From contig CM075996.1 of assembly GCA_038087875.1 (NCBI GenBank), positions 5,458,001-5,522,000 on the forward strand: a DNA stretch of 64,000 nucleotides, given 5' to 3'. The notes beneath the pieces were generated by a model, which searched no databases, had not been told where the DNA came from, and saw nothing but the letters and a program-made list of their open reading frames with translations. How positions within the stretch are numbered: position 1 is the stretch's first letter; every line of letters starts with the position of its first letter. Positions 50,031 through 61,659 of the stretch are shown here, in pieces. Origin of the DNA: Malacoraja senta (lineage: Eukaryota). Position numbers and translations under genes: made by a program.

Positions 50031-50376
50031 CAGATGGGACGACAGATGGCGCAATGGGCTAAGTGTTCGGCTGGCAACCGGAAGGTAGCCGGTTCGAATC
50101 CCGCTTGGAGTGCATACTGTCGTTGTGTCCTTGGGCAAGACACTTCACCCACCTTTGCCTGTGTGTGAATGTGTGTGAGTGATTGGTGGTGGTCGGAGGG
50201 GGCCGTAGGCGCAAATTAGCAGCCACGCTTCCGTCAGTCTGCCCCAGGGCAGCTGTGGCTACAGAAGTAGCTTACCACCACCGAGTGTGACTGAGGAGTG
50301 AATGAATAATGCGATGTAAAGCGCCCTTGAGTATTAGAAAGGCGCTATATAAATCCAATCCATTATTATTATTATT
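50031..50376 (+). mobile_element. Distinct tRNA-derived SINE with L2-like tail
   Basis: A box TGGCGCAATGG at 50047, B box GGTTCGAATCC at 50091, tail TGTAAAGCG..GCGCTATATAAAT plus (ATT)n, and TSD ATGATCGA at 50023-50030 and 50377-50384. Confidence 0.88.
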
Positions 50377-52317
50377 ATGATCGAACCTGGGTCTCTTTCT
50401 CTGTAAGGCAGCAACTCTACCGCTCCGCTGTGCCACCGTGCCGCCATTTGTAGCTGATTTATTTTTCTGCTAGGCAATTGAGTATTTGAGTGAAGGCACC
50501 ATGGTTATTTCTGAAGCCTGGAAGCTCGACCTATGCCTGTTGGAATCTGCCTGCAAATGCTGCTCTTGGATGGGGTTGGAATTTGAGAAAAGTTATGACC
50601 CCTAGCACTGGTTGGATCAAGCCGGGCCTTCTCTTTATAAATAAACAAGAAAGGCAGCTGTCACAGATGTCATTGCGAGGTGGTGGAGTGCATTCATAAG
50701 TGGAATCGGGCATTGCGTGAGCTGGAGGGAATATCGGAGCAATGAAGCGGAGAAGCCGCTTCACTGTCGACTCCACCTCGCCAGGTGTTCTGGGCTGGGC
50801 AGACAGGGAGTGAGTGAGCAATGGCCGCAGTGGAACCCATTAGAATCTGCCAAACTGGGTTAAAGCCCTGGGTTGAAGTAGCAGCCTTTCCCTCCAGACC
50901 CTGGTTTCCTGACCTGATCCTGAGGAAGGGTCTCTGTACATCAAACAGTGTTGCTGATTTGATCTGTGTCTGGTTTTCCTGCTGATGACCTGATCCATAA
51001 TCCATGTCAGGTTTTCCACACCACCACCTAGCAGCATGCGGGCAGCCATGTAGTTAGTTCAACTACATGTCTGAAGAAGGGTTTCGGCCCGAAATGTTGC
51101 CTATTTCCTTCGCTCCATAGATGCTGCTGCACCCGCTGAGTTTCTCCAGCATTTTTGTATACCTTAGTTAGTTCAACTTATGATTCGGAGCCTACAGTAC
51201 TCATTTTGATGGTCTCTGTATGTATTCTGATTAAAGTACTTGTTATGATATATAATGACCCCGTATCATTAGTACTTTGCACAGTCTCGTCCCAAAATGC
51301 CACCCATTCCTTCTCTCCAGAGATGCTGCCTATCCCGCTGAGTTACTCCAGTATTTTGTGTCTATCTTTTGGGCCCAAACAGTATGTGTAGACATAAGGA
51401 ACTGTAAGTGCTGATTTAGCAAACAACAAAGTGCTGGAGTAACTCAGTAGGCGAGGCAGCATCTCTGGAAGATATGAATAGGCAACGTTTCTGGTCGGGA
51501 CTTTTCGTAGTCTGAAGAAGCACAATATGGACCAATTAATGCATTTTATAAATATACTAGACCAGAACCTGATAAATTCTCTGGGGAAAAAGGTCACCAA
51601 GTGCTGGAGTAACTCAGTGGAGTAACTTGACTTGACTTGACTCAGTGGGTCAGGCAGCATCAGTTATGTTCACAAGTTATAGGAGCAGAATTAGGCAATT
51701 CGGCCCATCAGGTCCACTTGACATTCAATCATGGGCTGATCTATCTTTCCCTCTCAACCCCATTCTCCTGCCTTCTCCCTTTAACCCTTGTTAAGCTTCT
51801 TCAGACTAAGAAAGGTCCCGCCCCAAAACGTCGCCTATCCATGTCTTCCAGAGATGCTGCCTGACCCGCTGAGTTACTCCAGTACTTGGTGTCCTTTTAT
51901 CCTGAGTACGTGTGCCAGGTTCTAGTCTACTATATTAAAAGAAAAAAGCTGCATTCATGGGTTCATGTTGAGCTCAGCTGTGATTGGGTCAGGTTGGAAT
52001 TGGGTGTCAGTTTCACATCTCAGCAGACCTCTGGTTGTCGGCAAAAAGCTTGATATTCATTCAGGATGGCAATGCAGTCACACATCAACCGTGCCTGAAC
52101 TCTCTTTGGAGAGGTTTTATCTTCCCTCTGAGCATTTTTTTTACTTCAATGACTTGGGAAATGGCTGGGAGAGATTGATGTTTCGTTTTTTGGCTCGGGG
52201 ATACAACGCGGAAACAGGTCCGTCGGCCCACCGAGTCCGCGCGGAACCAGCGATTCCCACACACTATTTTCCGCTGGATTTCACTTTTCTTCGTTAAATA
52301 ACCTACATGATATTGAA

Positions 52318-52572
52318 TCAAGTTCAAGAGTTCAAGAGAGTTTATTGTCATGTGTCCCTGATAGGACAATGACATTATTGCTTTGCTTCAGCACAACAGA
52401 ACATAGTAGGCATTGACTACAAAACAGATCAGTGTGTCCATATACCATATACCATAAATAGATACACACATGAATAAATAAACTGATAAAGTGCAAATAA
52501 ATAGATTATGGGCTTATAATATTCAGAGTTTTGTCCAAGCCACGTTTAATAGCCTGATGGCTGTGGGGTAGA
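52318..52572 (-). mobile_element. Rex1-like 3'UTR fragment
   Basis: Reverse-complement similarity to 2340-2610. Confidence 0.7.
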
Positions 52573-53564
52573 AGCCATCATAAAGTAATGAATTTCAGAC
52601 GTGGAATCTTTTGAGCAGTCTTGTCCTACATGGCGATACAAGGAACTGCAGATGCTGGAATCTTGAGGGAAAACACAAAGTACTGCAATAATTCAGTGTT
52701 TAAGAAAGAACTGCAGATGCTGGAAAAATCTAAGGTAGACAAAAAATGCTGGAGAAACTCAGCGGGTGAGGCAGCATCTGTGGAGAGAAGGAGTAGGCGA
52801 CGTTTTGGGTCTCGAAACGTCTATTCCTTCTCTCCATAAATGCTGCCTCACCCGCTGAGTTTCTCCAGCATTTTTTGTCTACCTGCAATAATTCCGTGGG
52901 TCAGGCAGCATCTGTAGAAGGAACAGATGGGTGGCGTTTTGGATCAGGGTACTTCTACAGACTGAAGTAAGTAAAGTACATTTATTTTAATATAGCACTT
53001 TTCAATCAATTTCAATCAAAGAAGCCAAAGTGCTTTACAGAGAAAATTATCCATATAAATAATAAAAAGAGGTAGAAAGAAATGACACAACACACTAAAA
53101 GAGATTCAACACGAACACCCCCCCACAGCAGAATCTACACTCTCCACTGTGAGGGAAGGGACAAAAATGTCCAGTCCTCCTCCTCCGAGTCCACCCGAGG
53201 TCGGGGCCAGTTTGAGGCCACTGCGGCCAGTCGCCGCAACGGCAGCCCGATGATTATAGGCCCACCCGCCGTGAATGTCCCTGGATGGTGATGGGTGGGG
53301 CAGAGGTGGGGCACATTTGTTTAAGTTGGGGACAAGGGGGAAATGCAGAGTAATGAGCAAAGTTTCAATTGCCTCTGGGTGACTAATAGTTTATTGCGAA
53401 TGTCAATGGTGATGGAGTTAGGCCAGGAGTGGTTGTTCTTCCCATCACCCACCATCTTGTTTTCCACTTGCTCAGTTATTCCCACAAGCGATGACCAGAG
53501 TCGAGTCATGCAAAGTACAGCAACATTACTGCAGGACAAGAAGTCTGTAATAGTCTGTAGCAGA

Positions 53565-53930
53565 TCCAGAGCCAACAAGATCGTGGGGGACCCCTTCCAC
53601 CCCAGCAACGGACTGTTCCAGCTGCTACGGTCAGGCAAACGCCCCCGTTGCCATGCTGTGAAAACAGAGGTTGAGAAGGAGTTTCTTCCCAGAGGCCATT
53701 AGGACTGTAAACTCCTATCTCACCAGGGACTAACTTACTGTACCAATTTACTGTTGTGTGGTGTCTTTTTTAAATTGCTGGTTTTCTCTTTTTTTCTCCC
53801 ACAAATATGTAATTACAGATTCTGTTCCATTCTGTTTTGTAGTTTTTTTGCACAACCCGCAAGCATTGCCACTTTTCATTTCACTGCACATCTCGTATGC
53901 CTATGTGACGAATAAACTTGACTTGACTTA
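53565..53930 (+). mobile_element. Rex1/Babar-like LINE 3' fragment
   Basis: Encodes RANKIVGDPFHPSNGLFQLLRSGKR and ends in an (ACTTG)n tail. Confidence 0.8.
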
Positions 53931-54109
53931 GTGTCCTGACCCAAAACTCCACCCATCTGTTCCTTCCACAGATGCTGCCTGACCCACTGAATTGCTCCAG
54001 TAAATTCATAAACAGTCTGTTTCACGAGCCAGCAGTGGATGTTCATCAGTAGAGTCATTGCAGAAACTATCATGCTTAAAGGCTTTATGAAATGACCTCT
54101 CCACCTCCC

Positions 54110-54500
54110 CGCCATTGACGAACTGTACACTGCAAGGGCCAGGAAGTGAGCGGGTAAGATCATCTCTGACCCCTCTCACCCTGGCCACAAACTCTTTGAA
54201 TCACTTCCCTCTGGAAGGCGACTCCGGTCCGTCAAAGCCACCACAGCCAGACATTAAAAAAAAAATTCCACAAGCAGTAGCTCTACTCAATAACCAAGAG
54301 TCTGTAGCCTCCTTTTGCTCTGTATTTTATTTCCTTCACATGTTTAAACTATAATGTTTTATTCTTAATGTTTTAATGTTTTATTCTTAAACGTTGACTG
54401 CATATCGTGTTGTTACTTGCGAGCGGAGCACCAAGGCAAATTCCTTGTATGTGTACGTACTTGGCCAAGAAACCTATTCATTTAACATCATTCATTCATT
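54110..54500 (+). mobile_element. Rex1/Babar-like LINE 3' fragment
   Basis: Encodes KIISDPSHPGHKLFESLPSGRR and ends in a (CATT)n tail. Confidence 0.8.
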
Positions 54501-55433
54501 TTAATATTCCAGAAAAATAAGTATTGAGATGGGGGAATGGTTTCTCCGTGTCATCTTGATTTTATTTGTTTTTAATAAATGCAATTTCTCTTCTGTTCCC
54601 AGTCTGATCTTGCTCTGCGTCGGCTTGTGATTACTGAGGTTTGTTGCGCTGCCTGTGACAAGGGGGAAATGTTTTCCTTTTTTTTTTTGGAATGAATTTG
54701 TTGCAAAACCAGATGTGGGTTGAAGTCTCTTTGGTTCGGTGATGGGGGAGGAACTTGTTCTTGGCCCTGTAAAACCGCCGCAGACTAATGTTTGCATGCA
54801 ATGATGGGAAGCCAGTTGTAGTTGAGGAATGCCCTGATTATCGACATGCTAATGGGTTTGTGTATATATAGAGCTAAAGATTTATAAGTGAGATTGCTTG
54901 CATAAGTTGAATGGGAGCTGTTAAGGAAAGTTTAGACTTAATGTAGATGCTATTGATAGATAACGTCATCCATCATAGGCCTTAGAATGGAGCGTTTATT
55001 TCAGTTTAAAATGGAGAGAGAAGTTTGGAGTACAGTATCTTGCTCATGTGGAAACAAAGAACTGCAGATGCTGGTTTGAACTGAAGATAGACTCAAAAAG
55101 CTGGAGTAACTGAGCGGGCCAGGCAGCATCTCTGGCATAAAGGAATAGGTGACACAAAATGGCGTAGAGTGCTGGAGTAACTCAACGGGTCGGGCAGCAT
55201 ATCTGAGGAACATGGATAGGTGATGTTTCGGGTCTTGACCTGAAACATCGTCTATCCATGTTCTCCAGAGATGATGCCTGACCCGTTGAGTTGCTCCAGC
55301 ACTCTACACACTTTTCCTCATTATGTGGTTGTATGTATTTTCACAGTTTAATTCTGAAGTAATATTCAAACGATCCTTTTTGCATTTAGTCATTTTCAGT
55401 CTGGATAGTTGCCGCTCATGGTAAGCTCCTGGA

Positions 55434-55717
55434 GGGCGGCATGGTGGCGTAGCGGTAGAGTTGCTGTCTTACAGCGCCGGAGATCCAGGTTCGATCCTGT
55501 ATGGGGTTTGCATGTTCTCCCTGTGACCACGTGGGCTTTCTTCGGGTGCTCCAGTTTCCTCCCACACTCCACAGACACCCAGGTTTGTAGGTTAATTGGC
55601 TTTGGTAAAATTGTTAATTTCCCCTAGTATGTAGGATAGTGTTGGCGTACGGGGTGATCGCTGGTTGGCGCAGACTCGGTGGACTGAAGGGTCTGTTTCT
55701 GTACTGTATCTCTAAAG
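55434..55717 (+). mobile_element. HE1-type SINE
   Basis: Same head, body and tail as 12697-13016. Confidence 0.85.
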
Positions 55718-56399
55718 TCTTAATTTTCCTTGAAGAAATATCCTGTGTAAAAGTGATTGTGGTCTGGGATGTGAATTCAGATACACATACAGTCGACTAG
55801 CTGTTTAGGTGCTGTTTAATGTGTCGTCCTAGTCCGTTGACAAGGGTGAACAGCTTGAGTTTGGTGGGAGGCTTCTGTACCATGCTATAGTTTTCATCCT
55901 CTGTCACCCCATGGCTATTCCTCTGATCCCCTCTAAACCTCGTAACCTGTACCTTAAACCTATGCCCATAAGCTTTACATATCTCTGCTATGGGAAAGAA
56001 AAATCCTCCTATCTATGCTCCTCACGATATGAACAGATTGACTGTCGCTAAGCTTGCAGAACCCATTTATTATTTTCTTCCCCTTTCCCAATAAATGTTT
56101 CGAGGTCCAGAAGTTTAAGATTATTTGCTTGTAATCATTTTACACTTGCAAGCTGAATTCAATAAGTGGCTTTGGCCTTTACATCAATTATACTAATGTT
56201 TTCACCGCTTCTTTATGAGTTTGTCAATAAGGATTATTGCCCCATTTGATAAGTTTCCCAAAGGAGATTGAGTAACCAATCTCCCTTCCACTGGGGATGC
56301 AGTCGGAAAACTGTTACATAAAATGCTGCAAGATGTAAAAATTTAAAAGAAACCAAATATTTCTTGTGGCTCCGCTTACAAATTGTGGTGAAGCTTGTG

Positions 56400-56750
56400 C
56401 GGCACAGTGGCGCAGCAATGGAGATGCTGCCCTACAGCGCCAAAGACCCGGGTCCCTGGTTCGATCCTGACTGCAGGCGCATTCTGTACGGAGTTGATAC
56501 GTTCTCCCCGTGACCTGCGATCCTCGGTTTTCTCTCAAACTCCAAAGACGTACAGGTTTGTAGGTTAATTGGCTTTGTATAAATGTCAATTGTCCCTAGT
56601 CAAGTCAAGTTCAAGTTTCCTTTATTGTCAATCAGACCTTTCGGTCTGAACGAAATTGTGATTAGTGTGTGTTAATGTGCGGGATTGCTAGTCCGTGTGG
56701 ACATGGGCCGAAGGGCCTGTTTCCACGCTGTATCTCTAAACTAAACTAAA
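56400..56750 (+). mobile_element. HE1-type SINE with a small internal insert
   Basis: Same family, with a Rex-like tail fragment at about 56600-56660. Confidence 0.8.
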
Positions 56751-57068
56751 AATCATCACATGTGTGTTTAAATTATTTTGTGAGATATTTTAATGAGGGC
56801 ATTGATTTGTCGAAGAAACTGGTTCTGTATGTCTCTTCCCTCTGAATATTTTCTTGCATTTTTTGATAGAAAAATCAAACATTAAACATTATTAAGCTTT
56901 TTTTTAGCTCAATTTATTTGCAGAGTCTTGGACTTTCAGTGGCTTCTCAAGAGGACTCTTATGTGGAGTCATATATTATCCATATCTGTTTCAGTTTAGA
57001 TGAAGGCACATCATTGCACTCGAGCCATTCATGGTGATACTTTTTCCTTTTAGTTACAGGGTGTGTGT

Positions 57069-57268
57069 NNNNNNNNNNNNNNNNNNNNNNNNNNNNNNNN
57101 NNNNNNNNNNNNNNNNNNNNNNNNNNNNNNNNNNNNNNNNNNNNNNNNNNNNNNNNNNNNNNNNNNNNNNNNNNNNNNNNNNNNNNNNNNNNNNNNNNNN
57201 NNNNNNNNNNNNNNNNNNNNNNNNNNNNNNNNNNNNNNNNNNNNNNNNNNNNNNNNNNNNNNNNNNNN
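57069..57268. other. Assembly gap (200 N)
   Basis: Run of N. Confidence 1.
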
Positions 57269-57539
57269 GAAGAAGGGACTCGGCCCGAAACGTCACCTAG
57301 TCCTTCGCTTCATAGATGCTGCCTCACCCGCTGAGTTTCTCCAGCATTTTTGCCTACCTTCGATTTTTCCAGCATCTGCAGTTCCTTCTTAAATAGAATA
57401 TCCGGTTTATGCTTTATTGTGTTGAACACAATATTTCTCAAATCCTACACAATCAGAGCTTGGACAATTGCAGGCTCACGAGCAAAAGTGTGTTTTCATC
57501 TCCCTCTGTCACCGAGGAATCATCTGAACCTCAAAAGGT

Positions 57540-57592
57540 GGGGTGGGAGATTGCAACCTTCACGTGGTCCGCCCTGTTTCGACGAATGCAAT
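57540..57592 (+). ncRNA. Predicted minimal HDV-like self-cleaving ribozyme
   Basis: P1 GGGGUGG/CCGCCCU, P2 AUUGCA/UGCAAU, P3 ACC/GGU, L3 UUCACGU, P1.1 G, mini-P4 U-UUCG-A and J4/2 CGAA, all in canonical nested double-pseudoknot order. Confidence 0.75.
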
Positions 57593-57723
57593 GAACCCGG
57601 TGTGCACAATCAATTAAGATCAAATAGAACAAGTTGTCCTACAACGTTCGGCTGTGCACGCCATACGCAAGAAGAAGAAGAGAAGAAGAAGAAGAAGAAA
57701 AAGAAGAAGAAGAAGAAGTAGAA
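57540..57723 (+). mobile_element. Short non-autonomous retroposon with 5' HDV-like ribozyme fold and (GAA)n tail
   Basis: TSD GAACC(T/C)CAAAAGGT at 57526-57539 and 57724-57737, GAA microsatellite tail, and the same 5' end as the copy at 33650. Confidence 0.85.
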
Positions 57724-59372
57724 GAACCCCAAAAGGTGACTTATCCAACTTGAAACTTTGCTGGAGTAACTCAGCGGGACAGGCAGCATCTCTGGTGAGA
57801 AGGAATGGGTGACGTTTCGGGTCGAGACCCTTCTTCAGACTGAGAGTCAGGGGAGAGGGAAACTAGAGGTACAAAAAGGCACAGAACCAGGTTTGTAGGT
57901 GAACTGGCCTCTAAATTGCCTCGAGTTTGCAGGGAGTGAATGAGAAAGTGAGACAACATTGAACTAGTGTGAATGGGGGGACCAATGGTGGGGGTGGACT
58001 CAAGGGCGTGCTTCCATGCCGTATTTGTCAATCAATTCAATGGTCCATACCATCATTCAGATTTCAATCTTCCATATCGCAATGCTCAGAATGTTAGCGT
58101 GGTCATTTTGGAGAGCAGTTAAGGCACAACCATCTTGCTGTGGGGTTCACATGCAGGTCAAATTAGATAAATTTAGCAGGATTTAATGAATCATGTGGGT
58201 TGTTTTGTTTTTTAACAGAAGTCTGACAGTTACACGGTCACCATGACTGACGTGGGCTTTATCTTCAACATTTGTTTAATTACCCAAATTAATAACCCCC
58301 CCACTGGCACTGTGGCATGCATATCCAGATCATTAGTTCAGACCCAGTCTGAAGAAGGGTTTCGGCCCGAAAACGTTGCCTATTTCCTTCGCTCCATAGA
58401 TGCTGTCGCACCCGCTGAGTTTCTCCAGCACTTTTGTCTACATTAGTTCAGACCCTCTGGGTTTCGCGTTTACACATCTACTGCGACAAACATTCCTGCC
58501 TTCTTGCACCAGTCCTTATCAGAAAGCACGACTAACCTTGTTTTAAACAGCAGTGACCGTGCTGGAGGCTGTCAGTGCAACAGTGCTCTGGCCATGTGCT
58601 CCTTCCAGTGACGGACAGAATCTCGGACAAGACAGATTTAATTGTCCTGCTCTTGTCCAGCATGGTAAAAGGTCGCCACAAAAACAGCTTTTTTCTGGAG
58701 CTAAAAACTGTTTGCCTGCAGTGGTGAACTTTGACAGTGCAGCGAGAACTCCGGCAACTATGGTTTCCAACTCTTGACACTCGATCCCCGGGACCACATT
58801 CACGCTCTGCACAGAAGCCGGCTTCAAAGGAAAAAAAGAGAGCAAATCTCTTTGTTTGTAATCTAACAGCCGAGGAAAGATCGGGAGGAGGTGGGTTAAA
58901 AAAAAAAATCTAAAAAAAAATCACACTGATTAAAATGAGGCCGGACTGTTGTCCAGCAGAAGTAGCCTGCACTTGTATGATGCGGGTTAATATTTGCACG
59001 GTCTGCACTTTACAAGGCAGGCAATGCACAGCAACAACTGACTCCATGAAACCAAAATAGTCAACTTGCAGCTGCTTGCCTTGCTCCAATCGACACATGC
59101 TTCTTAAATTATTATTATATTTTTTTAAGGTTTTTAATATCACAGAATCCATCACGTTCTTTATTTATTTTCTGAGTAACACCACAGGTGTTTGATCTCT
59201 TCATCTTGCAGCCCTCCAGGTCAGTGTTTGATAGGCAACGTTGCATGCCCGCACAAGTAGCTTATCATGTAGGTAAGCATTGCATCATAAAATGATCCCT
59301 CCAAGGTGAACGCCTGTGCTCGATTTAATTGTCCAAAACCATTTTAAAGGCACAACCAGCCTTTATTACTAC

Positions 59373-59768
59373 AGGTAGACAAAAGTGCTGGAGAAACTCA
59401 GCAGGTGCGGCAGCATCTATGGAGCGAAGGAAATAGGCAACGTTTCGGGTCAAACCCATTCTTCAGACTGATGTAGGGTGGGGGGGCGGGGAGAAGAAAG
59501 GAGAAAGGAAGAGGAGGAGCCAGAGGGCCGAGGGAGAGCTGAGAAGGGGAGGAGACAGCAAGGGCTACCGGAAATTGGAGAAGTCAATGTTCATGCCGCT
59601 AGGGTGCAGACTGCCCAAGCGGAATATGAGGTGCTGCTCCTCCAATTTCCGGTGGTGCTCACTCTGGCCATGGAGGAGGCCCAGGACAGAAAGGTCGGAT
59701 TCGGAATGGGAGGGGGAGTTGAAGTGTTGAGCCACAGGGAGATCAGGTTGGTTAATGCGGACCGAGCG
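59373..59768 (-). mobile_element. Penelope-like element 3' end: GIY-YIG C-terminus, 3'UTR and pLTR
   Basis: Minus 59768-59565 reads RSVRINQPDLPVAQHFNSPSHSESDLSVLGLLHGQSEHHRKLEEQHLIFRLGSLHPSGMNIDFSNFR*, followed directly by the ubiquitous short repeat. Confidence 0.88.
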
Positions 59769-60974
59769 GATTTATTACTACAGCATTACTTCAGCCACGG
59801 TGATGATCAGAAATGTGCTCGGGATGGGGGAGGGAATAAAAGGATGGACCAGATTTCTTGGTCCTTCTGTCAGAAGGTGCTCTATAGAGAGAGGGAAGGG
59901 AGTTAATTATGGAATCAGTCTGAAGAAGGGTTTTCGGCCCGAAACGTCGTCTATTTCCTTCGCTCCATAGATGCTGCCTCACCCGCTGAGTTTCTCCAGC
60001 ATTTTTGTCTACCTTCGATTTTCCAGCATCTACAGTTCCTTCTTAAACAGGGTTAATTATGCTGCCTTTACTGCGATATTGCCTCATACTTCCACCCTGA
60101 TGGAACGCAACCGCTGTGCCACCGTAACTGTTAATTTTTCTTTGTAAACGGCGCCAAGATACGGCGACTGCGCATTTGTGGGTTGTGCAAAAGAATGTCA
60201 CCGTGCCGTGCGTACGTCACGATAAAGAACCGACGAACCATTGATAGATTAGCAAACTCAAAGATTCTCCAGAGAGTTACTCCAGCATTTTGTGTGTACC
60301 TCCTCTGGCAGGAAGACCTTTTCGCAAAATGAAGGGAAATAACCACAATTTCCAAAAATGATCTGAACTATTCATTTTCTCTTTCTTGTTTCATCCTCGA
60401 GATGAAAGTCCAGCCACTGCAGACTGGGGGAATAGTAAGCACCGGCCACCTCATCAGATCAGTGGCTTTATGTCTCCAAAGAGATGGATTTGTAGAAGGA
60501 TGATCAGCTGTAAATGCTACAAAAATTGAGCACGTACCCATCTCCTGGGCAGGAGAACAAAAATTAATAAAGGCAAGGCACAAGAAAAATTCAATAGGAT
60601 AAATTTAGCACAAGTGTCAGGATGGCAAAAACTATTATTTAATCTTAGCGCCTCTGCAGGAAATTTTAAAATTGACAAGAAATGGTGCAAAATATAGGAG
60701 GCCTTCTTGAATAATTATCTTACCAGATTTGTCAGTCTCCATATTCCACCAACAGGTGGCAGAAATTTGAGACCTAAGCCTGCTGCCCCGAGCCCAATGG
60801 TTGAGCAAAGGCAGATTCTGTAAAGCAGGATTGTATGGAGATGAAAGGCAGTGCAAGAACAGGAGCGCATATAACAGAGGAGCGCATATATTCTCTGTCA
60901 GATGTCATTCAAGAAATTAGGAAGCAGGTTACACAGATTAGCTGTGATACGAGGCCCAAGCCACAGCATTCAGC

Positions 60975-61552
60975 CAGTCTAAAGTCGTACAGCACAGAAA
61001 GACCCTTCTGCCCAACTCATCCATGCATACCAAGATGCCCCATCTACTCTCGTCCCATTTACCCATATCCCTCTAAACCTTTCTCTTCCATGTACCTGTC
61101 CAAGCATCTCTTATGGAACCTGTCTCAACCACATCCTCTGGCAGTCTGAAGAAGGGTCCCAATGCGAAATATTACCTGTCCACTTTCTCCAAAAATGCTG
61201 CCTGACCTGCTGAGATACTCCAGCATTTTGTGGCGACCTCCTCTGTCAGTTTGGTCCATATATCTACCACCCACTGAATGAAAAAGTTGCCCCTCAAGTT
61301 CCCATCCAATCTTTCCCCACTCACCGTAAACGTATGACCTCTGCTTCTTGATTCCCCTACCCTGGGTAAAGACTCTGTGCATTTACCCTGTCTATTCCCC
61401 TCATGATTTTATACACTTCTAGAAGGTCATTCCTCAGCCTCCTAGACTCCAAGGAATAAGGTCCTAACTTGTCCAACCTTTCCCTATAGCTCGGGTCCTC
61501 AAGTCCTGGCAACATCCTTGTAAATCCTCTCTGCACTCGTTCAAGCTTAAAA
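60975..61552 (-). mobile_element. Older CR1/HER1-like 3' fragment interrupted by a Penelope-like terminus
   Basis: Degenerate CR1 C-terminus similarity, with an insert at about 61143-61232. Confidence 0.65.
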
Positions 61553-61659
61553 TGCCTGTCTACCTTTCCATTATTACTTGCGTTTACTCGAGATCCTTGC
61601 GTTCTTCCTTTACTTCTTGCTTATAAATGGATGCAGGTCGCCTCAAATGGAATAGAATA

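Larger units (their letters stand above)
49296..50446 (-). mobile_element. HE1-type SINE split by a CR1 fragment and a second SINE
   Basis: Tail at 49296, body at 49895-50030 and head at 50377-50446. Confidence 0.75.

Noticed and set aside
57031..57392. ORFs spanning the N run
   Set aside because: Artefacts of the assembly gap.
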